Shown here piece after piece: positions 37,786 to 50,379 of a stretch of 64,000 nt of DNA. The position numbers were made by a program, and so were the translations under genes. The notes beneath the pieces are model-generated. The model saw only the letters and a program-made list of their open reading frames with translations. It had not been told where the DNA came from and did not search any database. This DNA is from Octopus sinensis (taxonomy: Eukaryota): positions 163,432,001 to 163,496,000 of the forward strand of contig NC_042997.1 in the NCBI RefSeq assembly GCF_006345805.1, read 5' to 3'. Within the stretch, counting starts at the first letter, position 1; the number at the start of each line of letters is the position of its first letter.

Positions 37786-40700
37786 GTGTAGCAATTGTCT
37801 TTATCCTACAGGAAGATATTTTATAAATCTCTGTTCAAGGAAATTTGGTGTGATGTGTCTAGGTTATGAGAGCAGAAGATTAAGTCTCAAAGTCCTTTAA
37901 AAATGAGATCATCTACAAGGAATGTGTTATTAGAAGCGTCATTGAGAAAGAATGGGAAGAAATGTATGCGAGAAATAACTGACCCCTTGTAGTTCTGAGT
38001 TAGTCAAATGCAAGTCAAAAAAAGAGTCCTATTAGCATGCACTTTAACAAAGTTGTCTGATAGGAAACTTTTGATCCAATAGATCAGAGAATATGGAGCT
38101 CCGGAATATGGAGCTCTTGATAAGGTTGAAAGTTTTTACACATGTTAAAAGTAAAAACATTGCTTTTGCTGAACTTCTCAAGGATGGAGTGTGACGAAGG
38201 AGAAGTACATCTGACACTTTGGGAAATATTCTAGAGATCAAAGAAAGCAGAAAGACTCAAGAGGTGATAATGAAGGTTAGGTGTCTCTTCCAAAGCAGCA
38301 GTCTTAATACTGGATTTAGTGAAGTTTCTTGAATGACAAGCGATCTAGATGGGATATCAATTTATTTGCATGTTACATTCCCAAATCTAATATTTTTGAT
38401 AAGTAGATCGACAGATGTATATATAACAGTATTATGCATAGAGACATGACTAAGTCCCAGCAGGTATGAACTTAAGTTACATGAACGGGCAGGATTCATT
38501 CAGCCATATTACATTTATATGTATGGGCCACTGAGGGAGCTTCTGTATAGTTACTCAATGACAACCGAATCTCCTCAGATCTATTACAATTTTTACTCTT
38601 AACCTCTCCAAAGCACTTTCATAAGTTTGTTTTAAGTGTCTGTGCTTGTTTTCAGACTAAGTTAGTCCTTGTTTCATGTGTTCTGAGTAATATAAACTTT
38701 CATAATTCCTAAGTTACTCAGTGGGGTGGTGATTGAAAAAAAATTGGGAATGTGTATTATATATGAAGCATGGGTGTCAGGGAAATATGTCTGTGTATCA
38801 CAGATGATGCACAGGATAGGCAAAGAGTTAAATAAGTCAAGGATACAGTATTTTAGTACTAGACACCTCTAGGTATCAGCTAGAATATCTTTGATTATAG
38901 GTCTGCTAGATCTGGGTTACCCTGTCAGCCAAACAACTTCATTCAAAAAAAAAAAAAACTGCATTCAATAAATTTATTCTGATTTATTTTATTATTTGAT
39001 TAAAAATACTTATAGTTTTCAGAGAATGGGTTAATGGGTGAGTCAGAGGTTATGGATAGGGTCAAGGTTAATAAAGCTAAATAAAAAGAATTTCTTGGTA
39101 TTCATAGAAATGCTTGTGGATGAACAAACATAACCAATGCTATTGATAACTAGAGTTTCTCTATTTACTTTAGTTATTAATCCTCCTTATATATAACCTT
39201 TCTTAAAATATCTTCAGTAAATCCACATGCAGCCTCCCTACTTCCTGTTTGTATTGAACCATATCACTTTCCTACTCTCTTTCTTTCTTTTCTTTTTTTT
39301 CTCTCTCTTATTAATTATCAAGGAAACACTTCTATAATTTCACAGCTGAAATTACTGAACTATATAAATGTTCATAACTCAAGTTTCAACCCGATTCTTG
39401 TAGTGTAGTTTTGAATCTCCCTCAATGTGTCAATATTTCTTTCAACTTTTGTTGCATTGTTATTCTACTATGACAGAATGTCTCAGTTCAGTGTAAGGAT
39501 TTTTTATTACCAGGTTACATCAGTTATAGGAAGGATGTAAGTTGGTTGTTGTTGTTGTTGTTGTTGTTGCTGTTTAACCCTAGGTTTGCCTTGGTCAATA
39601 TGACCTGCAATTAGTAGCATTTCAGTTGTGATCATCTTGTCTTATTTTCAGTCAAAATATATCTAAGACTAGATTAATCTATGTGTCCTTGTTTAATCCT
39701 TTTGATATAAATCCTCTTGAGACTGCTCCTGGTACTGTGATTATAAATGTTTCCATTTTAAAATTATCTAAATTAAAGCCTTCCATTAGAATTGCATGTT
39801 AATTTATGTTCCAAACACCAGCTTAATTATGACAAAGTAATTTTACTAAACTGTTCATTATTTTCAAAATTTTGTAAAACAAAGGTAATATATTTAAACA
39901 GAAGTACGGTAGCAAAAGGGTGATAGCAATTTGAGTGTAATTTGGCTGCTATTTCTTAGAGATCAAGTAGCTATTTATAGATCTCCCTCTAAGTAGTCAA
40001 TAAAGGTGGTTGTAAATACAGCTCATATCTGCAGGACTATTTTCTCATGACTACTTTTGATTGTCATTAATTTGTGTCCTTAAAAATTAGGTCATTTTTT
40101 TTTGTATAGTTTCCCATCATAAATGAAGAGCAGATTATCATTATTAACATTGACATGTTGCTGAAGACTCATCTATTTTCTAGTGGTCCTGCTGCCTGCT
40201 CTTGCCTGTAAATAGTTAACTCAAGTGATATTCATTTATAGTTAAGTGGCTTGGGCCATTGAGGAAGTATGTAAAAAATATATTCTTTTCTAATCTAGGG
40301 ACAAGGCCTGAAATTTTTGGGTGAGTGGGGAGGGGGTAGTCATTAGATCGACCCCATTATGCAACTGGTACTTAATTTATCAACCCGAAAGGATGAAAGG
40401 CAAAGCCAACTTCAGTGGAATTTGAACTCAAAATGTAAAGACAGATGAAATACTGCTAAGCATTTTGGCTGGCATGCTGACGTTTCCGCCAGCTCACTGC
40501 CTTATGCAAAGAATATATTGCAATACTTAACATAGTGACAAGTTATGAAACATTTACTGTTGTTTAATTCCAGGTCAGACTTGATTGAGCAAAATGATTT
40601 CAGTCATGGCCATTCCTGTCTTTCACGAGTGTGCTATCTTGAAGTACAGTTTTTAAAACGGCATTTCTTTTTAAGATGATAGGGTGTGATTTGAGGGAGA

Positions 40701-43569
40701 TTTCATGCTGATCAACTTTTAATTAGTAGATACTGTAAAGATGGTGAGCTGGCAGAATAGTTAGCATGCCTGATAAAGTGCTTAGCAGCATCTTGTCTGT
40801 CTTTATGCTTTGGATTAGAATAATGTTGGGGTCAACTTTGCCTTTCATCCTTTTGGGTTGATAAAATAAGTATCACTCAAGCACTGTGGTCGATTTAATC
40901 AACTTAGCGCCACCTCTGAAACTGCTGGCTTTGTGCAAAATTTGAAACCAATATTAGTAGACATTGTAATAATGGAAAGTAGCAAAGGAGCAAATGTATT
41001 TGATAATTTTTTGTATGAAGTGTTGGAAAACACATTCAATGAAACAATAAAAAATGTTGAGTGAAAGTAGATTGAAGATAGGGATCATGATAAGTTGTTT
41101 TAGAAGTGCTAGATAATATTGATGTAATTTGTGCTCTGAGAGCATGAACTGAAAAATTTCATTAAAAAATGAATTCTTTTATTTCTGTTAAAACCTTTTA
41201 ATATCAACCAATCTGAAACTGCCCCTCGTTCAAAGATGAAAACTTACTGTTTCAAAGTAATCTACATTGAAACTTCTATAGACATTTTTGATGTTAATTT
41301 ATGTTCCAAGCATCAGCCTAATAATGACAAAGGTATTTTATTAAATTTTTCATTGTTTTCAAAATTAATAGAAACAATGTCATTGCATTCCAACTAAAAC
41401 ATGGTAATAAAAAGGTTAATATTTCAATGCTAATTCTATATGAAATAAAATAAAATGTTATTCTAAATGCTATTAATAAAAAGAAAGTAATTAGTGCTAA
41501 ACATCTATGTAGTTTTCTATACATGCATCTATGCAGTTTTCTAGTACAATTAGTACAATTAATAGGGTTTCCAGGAAAAAAAATCACTTAATAAATACAA
41601 CGGAAATTAATATAAACTACTTACATCTCAAAAGCAATTAATTTTCCTTGAGATAAATCAGCCTACTGATACTGAACATAATTTTATTCTCTTCTTTTCA
41701 ATAATAGATGATACAGTGTGTCATCAATATTTATTAGTAGGCAAACTATTTCTGATTTAAAATATTTAGTTCACTGTAAAACAATGATAGCAGTAAAGCA
41801 TTATATTAAAATATGAATAAAAATGAAATTGAAAATTTGTTCTTTTTTTTGTATCAAATATATTTGGGAATGTTGTGAAACCTTTTACTAAATTGGTTTA
41901 TCTTTTGAATAGTAACAATGACAAAGGTGGCAGCTATATAATAGTTTTTAGCTTGCATGCAAACTCTGGGAAAGGGAAGGGATATGATGACTCAGTAAAT
42001 AAAGAAAAAGGATACAAAGGTATAAAATGCAAGCTGTTGTAGCTCTATGTGAATGCTTCCTGGTAAATAATGTACAACTATTTTGATATGAAAATATCTG
42101 TAGACCTAGAAATTTGAGAGAAGCGGCAGTCTATTTTCCTAGCTCTTATTGATCGATGCTCAGGAACCAAATATAAATTATAACAAGGTTGTGGCATTGA
42201 ACCTCTTATTTAAAAAAAAAAATTGCTGTTATCTAAAGCTATCAAAATATATAGGAAACTGCTGAATAATCTGAAAGAGAAATAGTTTAATAAAGAAAAA
42301 CAATAAAACAAAATAGAGAAAGGATTAATAATTTATTTGTTAAGAAGAATGAAAAAAAAAAATCAATGAAAGTTAACATTAAAAAAGGCAACATTTTATA
42401 AGTAATTTTAAAAATTGCTAATTTAAACATATTTATTAAAAATTATTTAAAGCTTATTATAAAAGCAGTTATGGCCCGTACATCAGTAATTGTTTATTTA
42501 AATTTGATTTTTTTTATTATGCTATAATTTTTTTATGAAGTTATAAAATGTAATTATGGTAATGACATTAAAAAAAAATGAAGATAAAATATTTTTGGAT
42601 CAATATGATATTGAAATTCAAATTAAGTCAAAATCAAAGAATTTATTTTCTTAGCATCTTTGTTAGGTTTAACCTCTGAGAATGAAATCATGAAATCATG
42701 CTGCATTCTTAAAATCAAAATATTTCAAATGAAATCTTGATGTGTGCAACTATTTACTTATTCAGTCTTCCATTTATGCAAGATTTATATCTATGATGAA
42801 TCACAAGTTATCTGATTTACAGGATTGAGATTATAATCTGAACAACTTGCTAATTTTAGGAGTATATAACTAAGTGAACTTGCAAGGGATGATGCAAAAA
42901 AAAAGGAAAAAATTCTTGTATGTTGACTATTTATGAATTTGTTTAGATTTATGACTAGACAAGTATGATATGAATCTGTAAGAATTTCACTAAATATTTA
43001 TTTTCATATAACAGTTTTATAATTTAAAAATGATTCAACATTATGATTGGTAATAAGAATATAATTTGTGTATTATTTTTCTGCATATACGGAGAGCAAC
43101 AAGATGATTTCAGATCTGTTTAAAGTTCCCTGGGTGGTTTAAAATTTGTAGTTTAACTATTTTGAATTTACCTTAAATTTTCTAATAGATGTATTAGTGT
43201 TTATCAATTATTTAATCATGCTGCTGACAAATGCACAATATACAAATTAGTGTAGACATTGCAACTAATTTTTAGTTTGTAATTGTTTTAAAACTCTATT
43301 TGCTAATAACTTCCTACATAATCAGAGAAATGGGGGTATTGTCTATTGATGAGTAATTAACAAATCCTGAAAAATGTTCAGGCAATCTCCTTTATTTTTC
43401 TATGTGTGAAGAGAACAACAAAATGTATTCACAACACTTTAAAATTCTACAGTGAAAGGCTTAAAAACTAATTTAACTTCTTTGAATTTATGCTAGATTT
43501 TCTAATACATGCTGTGTTGTGTATAAGTATTTATTCAATGAATAAATTAAATAAATAATGTCACATGAA

Positions 43570-44118
43570 ATATATGTACAAAGTCATACTCAACATGTTC
43601 AAGTGCCCTCAGACATAAGAAGACCTTTCACTGTAGAGCCAGCACTCTTACACTTGTATAAAAATACAAGATTTGCTGTGAATGACACCATTGGATTTTA
43701 GGTTGATTTGATTCTTTTTGTCATTTCACTTTGTACAGTATGAAAGCCAAATCTATTACTCACAGCAGGTAAGAATGAAATTATTCTTATTAAACACTTC
43801 TTCCAGTGATATTATGTGCTTAATTCTAGCTTGACCAAGTTTTACACAAATCAGCATATATTTCATATGTTCCATATGTAAGAATGAATAATTTCATTCT
43901 TACCAGGCTATGAGTGACAGATTTGATTTATATAGCTGAAGAAAGGGAACAACATGGAAACACATGCCTCCTACAATCCATTGATGGCATTCACAGCTTA
44001 TTTTGTGTCTTTATACATTTCTAAATGGAAAATGTTTTTCTGTGACCAGCTCTACAGTAAAAGGTCTTTTCATGTGTGTATGCACTCAAATGTGTTGAAT
44101 ATTATTCTTACATGAGTA
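43570..44118. repeat. Old, diverged long inverted repeat (fold-back/MITE relic)
   Basis: GGTAAGAATGAAATTATTC / GAATAATTTCATTCTTACC; AAGACCTTTCACTGTAGAGC / GCTCTACAGTAAAAGGTCTT; GCTGTGAATG / CATTCACAGC. Confidence 0.75.
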
Positions 44119-44119
44119 T

Positions 44120-44162
<43 letters not shown>

Positions 44163-44719
44163 GTATATATCTATATACTCTACTGCTCTATAATCTAGAG
44201 TATGCTTCTTTTTTTGATTTATGATTTACTGATGATATACACACACACACGCACGCATGCACACATGCATGCACGCACACACACAGTCAACAGATGAGAT
44301 CCAGAGATTTTCAGTATAGAAAATACTTAGTAGCACTCAAATGATTTGAACTTACACTCTGATATCTTTGCTGGGGACCAAGTCTGCAGTGTAAAGTATG
44401 GCTATAAGAGGAATCTAGGCGAGCAGATATGGAAGCAATTATGCGATTAAACAAATAAAACTGCTTGGATTTGCTATACTAATTACAATTATCTACGTTC
44501 ATACATGTAAATAAAGAGAAAGCAAATTTTGTCATAATTTTCTTTAAAACTGAACCCATTAAGTATTTTGGGCGAACAAATTTTCAGATGATGAATATTC
44601 AAATATAAATATATAGATATTATATTTTAATAGAGCAAACTACCACAAACGACAGAGGAAATTAAAGGGGAGAAGATATGGTATTGTAAGTCTGACAGCT
44701 GTTTCTGGGGCCTTGGAGA

Positions 44720-44992
44720 TCCTTGTAAAAAGCACCAACCAATCGTGAAAAACACCAACTGATCATGGCTGTTGCCAGCCGTGCCTGGCATCTGTGCCGG
44801 TGACACGTAAAAAGCACCCACCACACTCACGGAGTGGTTGGTGTTAGGAAGGGCATCCAGCTGTAGAAATACTGCCAGATCAGACTGGAACCTGGTGCAG
44901 CCTCCTGGCTTCTCAGACCCTGGTCAAACAGTCCAACCCATGCTAGCATGGAAAATGGACGTTAAATGATGATGATGATGATGATGATGATG
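44720..44992 (+). mobile_element. RTE-tail non-autonomous copy
   Basis: GGAGTGGTTGGTGTTAGGAAGGGCATCCAGCTGTAG...CCATGCTAGCATGG...(GAT)n. Confidence 0.85.
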
Positions 44993-45413
44993 GTATATAT
45001 ACAGACACACATCTATCTAGGTATATGTGCATCTATATATATATTAATATAACAGAAGGTTGCAATATTTCACCTAAATGTGACTAGGGTGTTAAGAAAT
45101 ACCTACATTGCTAGAAATAAGAGCTAAAATACTCTAATGCTGTAGTTAACTCACATGAATGAAAACATACACACTAACAGAGACCAGAATTGTCTAAAAA
45201 GTGCCAAGTGAGAATTCTTAGTACTGACGTCAGTTTTGGCAATTTCTATTGCTTCATCAGTTAAGCCTGCTTGACGTTGGCTTTTTTTCAGACTAGCTTC
45301 TCTATTAGAATATATGTTTTTGTCATCCAAATTAAAAGAAAAGCTAGTCTGTAAAAAGCTGAAATCAAGCGGGCTTAACTGCTGAGGCAATGGAAGTTGC
45401 CGAAACTGATGTC

Positions 45414-45685
45414 ATCATCATCATCATCGTTTAACGTCCGCTTTCCATGCTAGCATGGGTTGGACAATTTGACTGGGGACTGGCGAACCAGATGGCTGCA
45501 CCAGGCTCCAATCTGATCTGGCAGAGTTTCTAACGCCAACCACTCCAAGAGTGTAGTGGGCGCTTTTACGTGCCTCTGGCACGAGGGCCAGTCAAGTGGT
45601 ACTGGCAATAGCCATGCTCAAATGGTTTTTTAAGTGCCACCCACACAGGGGCCAGTCAAGTGGTACTGGCAATGACCCCGCTCGA
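45414..45685 (-). mobile_element. RTE-tail copy inserted into stem III of the hammerhead motif
   Basis: (CAT)n at the left, RTE 3'UTR body; short duplication ATGTC at 45409-45413 and 45686-45690. Confidence 0.8.
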
Positions 45686-45939
45686 ATGTCGGTATTAAGA
45701 ATTCTCAGTTGGCACTTTTCAGACAATTCAGGCCTCTGCTAGTGTATATGTTTTCATTTATGTGCATTGACTACAGCATTAGAGCATTTTAGCTCTTATT
45801 TCTGGCAACGTAGGTGTTTCTTAACACCCTAGTCACATTTAGTAACAGTTATAATACTCTTTTTTGGTGAAACATTGCAAACTGCTATTTATATTAATCT
45901 TCTGTATACACATTAGCAAATCACTAAATCATCTATAAT

Positions 45940-46482
45940 TTGGGTGGGTGTGCTGAAAGTGTAACGGCTAGAGTAAGAATAGCCTGGGCAAAGTTTAGGG
46001 AGCTCTTACCTCTGTTGGTGACTAAAGGCCTCTCGCTCAGAGTAAAAGGCAGACTGTATGATGCATGTGTACGAACAGCCATGCTACATGGCAGTGAAAC
46101 ATGGGCCGTGACTGCTGAGGACATGCGTAAGCTCGCGAGAAATGAAGCTAGTATGCTCCGTTGGATGTGTAATGTCAGTGTTCATAGTCGACAGAGTGTA
46201 AGTACCTTGAGAGAAAAGTTGGACCTAAGAGGAATCAGATGTTGTGTGCAAGAGAGACGATTGCGCTGGTATGGTCATGTGGTGAGAATGGATGAAGATA
46301 GGTGTGTGAAAAAGTGCCACACCCTGGCAGTTGAGGGGACCTGTGGAAGAGGTAGACCCAGGAAAACCTGGGTCGAGGTGGTGAAGCACGACCTTCGAAC
46401 TCTAGGTCTCACCAAGGAAATGACCAGAGACCGAGACCTATGGAAGTATGCTGTGCGTGAGAAGACCCGGCAAGACCAGTGA
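45940..46482 (+). CDS. C-terminal ~180 aa of RTE ORF2 (post-RT region); truncated, not an independent gene
   Basis: LYDACVRTAMLHGSETW, RRLRWYGHVVRM, GRGRPRKTW motifs. Confidence 0.85.
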   Translation: MGGCAESVTARVRIAWAKFRELLPLLVTKGLSLRVKGRLYDACVRTAMLHGSETWAVTAEDMRKLARNEASMLRWMCNVSVHSRQSVSTLREKLDLRGIRCCVQERRLRWYGHVVRMDEDRCVKKCHTLAVEGTCGRGRPRKTWVEVVKHDLRTLGLTKEMTRDRDLWKYAVREKTRQDQ

Positions 46483-47312
46483 GAACAATCAAAATCAAAT
46501 CATATATCAGAAAGCAGGGGTTAAGTGACCCATCTGTTCGTGTCCGCTGTCAGCCTCGTCTGGCACCCGTGCCGGTGATACGTAAAAGCACCATTCGCTC
46601 ATGGCCGTTTGCCAGCTCTGCCTGGCCCCGTGTCGGTGGCACGTAAAAGCACCATCCGTTCGTGTTCGTTGCCAGCCTCGCCTGGCCCCGTGCCGGTGAC
46701 ACGTAAAAGCACTGTCCGTTCGTGGCCGTTGGCCAGCTCTGTCTGGCCCCGTGTCGGTGGCACATAAAAGCACCATCCGTTCGTGGCCATTTGCCAGCTC
46801 TGTCTGGCCCCGTGTCGGTGACACGTAAAAGCACCGTCCGCTCGTGGCCGTTTGCCAGCTCTGTCTGGCAACCGTGTCGGTGGCACGTAAAAGCACCATC
46901 CGTTCGCATCCGTTGCCAGCCTCGGCTGGCCCCCGTGCCGGTGACACGTAAAAGCACCGTCCGTTCGTGGCCGGTTGCCAGCTCTGTCTGGCCCCGTGTC
47001 GGTGGCACGTAAAAGCACCATCCGTTCGTGTCTGTTGCCAGCATCGCCTGGCCCCGAGCCGGTGACACGTAAAAGCACCATCCGTTCGTGGCCGTTCACC
47101 AGCTCTGTCTGGCACCTGTGCAGGTGGCACGTAAAAAACACCCACTACACTCGCGGAGTGGTTGGCGTTAGGAAGGGCATCCAGCCGTAGAAACACTGCC
47201 AGATCTGACTGGGCCTGACGAAGCCTTCCAGCTTCACAGACCCCAGTTGACCCGTCCAACCCATGCTAGCATGGAAAACGGACGCTAAACGATGATGATG
47301 ATGATGATGATG
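45944..47312 (+). mobile_element. 5'-truncated young RTE-clade LINE
   Basis: ORF2 C-terminus, 3'UTR minisatellite, (GAT)n tail; TSD AATTTGG at 45937-45943 and 47313-47319. Confidence 0.92.
46527..47142 (+). repeat. ~60-62-bp minisatellite, about 10 units, in the RTE 3'UTR
   Basis: Unit ~CCGTGYCGGTGRCACGTAAAAGCACCRTCCGTTCGTGKCCGTTGCCAGCYYYGYCTGGCC. Confidence 0.95.
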
Positions 47313-48861
47313 AATTTGGATGATGCAAACATATATTCTAATTGAGAAACTAGTCTGAAAAAAGGCAAGATTCTGTGGGCTTAACTGATGTCAGAATTAA
47401 GGATTCTCAATTAGCACTCTTCGGATAATTCAGGTCCCATTTAGTGTATATGTTTTCATTCATGTGCATTACTTATAGCATTAGAGCCTTTTAGCTCTTA
47501 TTTCTAGCAATGTAGGGGTTTCTTAACACCCTAGTCACATAAACACAGACATAGACACACACATAGATGTATGTATATGATGGACTTCCACACAGCATCA
47601 GTCTATCAATTTTCAGAGAAGGTATGGTCAACTTGAGGCTAAAGAAGATATGTAATCAAGGTGCTATGATAGAACTCAAAACCATATCGTAGTGAAGCAA
47701 ACTTCTTAACACTGCTATACCTGCTTTCTGCTACTTGCTATATTCCTGAATCACGAGTGTAGAATTTATTGGGTTTTTTTCTTGTTTGCAGATATGTGTT
47801 ATCAAAATATTTCATTAAATCAATGTGGCATATTGTAGAACTCCTAAAAGGTTAAAAGCTGCAGCTGTTTCAAAGGAACTTTTCCTTATAAAAAACAAAA
47901 AAGAAGTAAAGAAAAAGCAGGGAGAAATTACCAATACTAATCTGATATTCTTATTCAATACTTGCAAAATATTTTCATTTTGGTTGTTATTGATAACCCT
48001 TAAGTAAAAACTACTTAAACATAAATAAAAGTAATAATTACCACACAGCTCATTATGATAATTTTCTCCTATCATTGCTTAAGTATTTTTTGATGAAATC
48101 TTGAGATATATATTTGAGATTATATTTACCTACTTGTTATTCGTTTTTTTGTGTTTGTTTTTGTAACTGAAACCAGCAGGTACGTACAAGCTATTGCAAG
48201 ACTAATGGTATGTGAATTAGAAGGAAGAAATGTTAGCAAGTAGCTAGTTGCTATATTTAGTGTTTGATATAGCCACGCATAAAAGAATGAAAGCAAATTA
48301 TCTTTTTGTCTGAGATTTCCTGTTGCTTAAAAACGTAGTACAAGAAAACTTTGCCAGAGACATATTCATGAACATCCTACTCTTTTTATTTTCAACAGAC
48401 ATGGTAAGATGATATTTCAAGATGCTGTTGTAGTATTCCGAATGTAAAAATTAACGTAGTTAATGACGACGATGGTGATGATGATGACAATGATGATGAT
48501 GTTGGTGTTTATTTAAATTTTAATGGCTTAATCAAAGGAGGAAGAGCAGCTTCCATGATTTCTTTTCAAGGCAGCTGAGACTAGTGAGAGAAACAAAGGA
48601 AGATCAGAGGCCTGATGCAAATGCTTGCAACAGAGATGATTCTACACAAGGCCAGAGCTGATAGTGGTGCTATTTTAACCATACAATGAATTGAGTCTAC
48701 TACCACACAGTTTCCATCTACCAAATTTCACTCATAAGACATTGGTTGACTTGAGGTTAAAATAAAAGACACTTTCTCAAGATGCCACACTGTGAGATTG
48801 ATCCTGAGACTCATAGTTGCAAAGCAAACTTCTTAAGCTTGCTTCGATACCTGTTACTGAT

Positions 48862-48907
48862 AATGATGATGATGATGATGATGTTGATGATGGTGATGAT
48901 GATGATT

Positions 48908-48948
<41 letters not shown>

Positions 48949-48960
48949 ATGACGATGACG
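48862..48960. repeat. (GAT)n microsatellite
   Basis: Direct reading. Confidence 0.95.
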
Positions 48961-50379
48961 AATGTGTTGATGGTGATGTCTTTTTTGATTTATTGAACTC
49001 TATGATTTACAACTAACAAGGAATCTAAGGGTTTCTCAACCCTTTAAAATCAGTTCCCAGATTTTTTTATGTCCTGTGCATCCCTAGAAAGTATTTGATT
49101 AATTTTCACACCCCTACAAAAGTAATGTCAGATTTGAAGATGTAAAAGTCAATTTTGTAATAATTTTCTTTAAAACTGAACCCATTAAGTATTTTGGGCA
49201 AACAAATTGAACTAAAATAAATAAGAAATTAACTGTTAAATCTGGTATATAAAATGCAAATGTAAGCTGAATAATTAGAAAAAGACTGTAAACAGTAAAA
49301 TTATTGACAATTGTGAACATAAAACTCAATGACTTCTTTGTTCCTGCCTCCCATTCATGACTTTATCAAAATGTGGAACTTACTGATTGCAATCTACCAT
49401 TCTGCTTGTTAATTCCTTGGTTGATGAAAGAGAACTAAATTCAGATTCACACGTGCATGTTGTTACAAATAGAATAAAGACACAATTTTTGGTTATAATT
49501 GCTCAAGGGTTAAATCTACATATGAAGAATAATAAAATTGTTGGTATACTTAGAACATGTTATTTTTAAGAGTTAATCATATTTTGATAAGTAATTTTAG
49601 TAAAATATGTATTCACCATTCAGATGCTATGTGTATTACTTTGTGGTCAAGAAGTTTACTTCCTAAACACATGATTTTGGGTTCAATCCCACTATATGAT
49701 ACTTGGTCCTTGGGTTGTCGAAGCCTTGTGAGAGAGGGTTTGGTTGACAAACTGAAAGAAGCCCATCACGTGTGTGTGTGTGTGAATGTGTGTTCTTGCC
49801 TTGAGTCTGCATGATGGTTGTAAAAGAAAGCTGCTGTTTTACAAGTAGTGCCATTATTTTGAATCTTCCATGAAAACATGCCCAGCTAGAAATAGATGAG
49901 GGTTGGCAAGTGAAAGAGCATCCAGCCGTTGAAAATCTGCCTTGAAAATTCTGTCTGACTCAAAACACATTGAAAAAATGACAATGATGATGATGATGAT
50001 TATGAGGATAGAGATGATGATATACATTTCCTTTTAATTGCAACCCTTGAAATGTCATCTTGCGACCCCAGGAAGTTCCAGTACTTCCAAGTTGAGAATC
50101 CCTGTTTTAGATTGTGCTCTCACATCCTATTATCTAACATACAGCAGAACAAGTTGATTAGGTAAGCAAATATATTTTCTATAGAAATGAGATGAATCTA
50201 TATAACTGTTAGCAGCTTGTCTTTAGATACCTACTGTAAACTACAACAAACAATAGTTTGAAAAATGTATTTAATATTGTTATATATCCAAAATGACTAC
50301 TGAATGCTGTTCAACTATACATAATAGTTGGCAGCATTAGGTCCAGGTTCAGTCAAATCCCTATAAAGTAGTAAGAAGT

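Larger units (their letters stand above)
45041..47540 (+). mobile_element. Penelope-like non-autonomous element: inverted pLTR (45041-45333) plus two direct pLTRs (45340-45899; 47313-47540), each with a hammerhead motif; two nested RTE insertions
   Basis: Three homologous copies; consensus CTTAA-CTGATGA-GGCAA-loop-TTGCC-GAAA-CTG-ACGT-CAG-TA-TTAAG. Confidence 0.75.

Noticed and set aside
38040-38500. Possible decayed LINE fragment or exon on the minus strand
   Set aside because: No diagnostic motif could be read with confidence
46527-47142. CRISPR-like array of regularly spaced repeats
   Set aside because: Whole units repeat with no unique spacers, no cas genes, eukaryotic context inside an RTE 3'UTR
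46507-47259. Long overlapping ORFs (250, 172, 180 aa) on the minus strand
   Set aside because: Artefacts of a GC-rich tandem repeat with few stop codons
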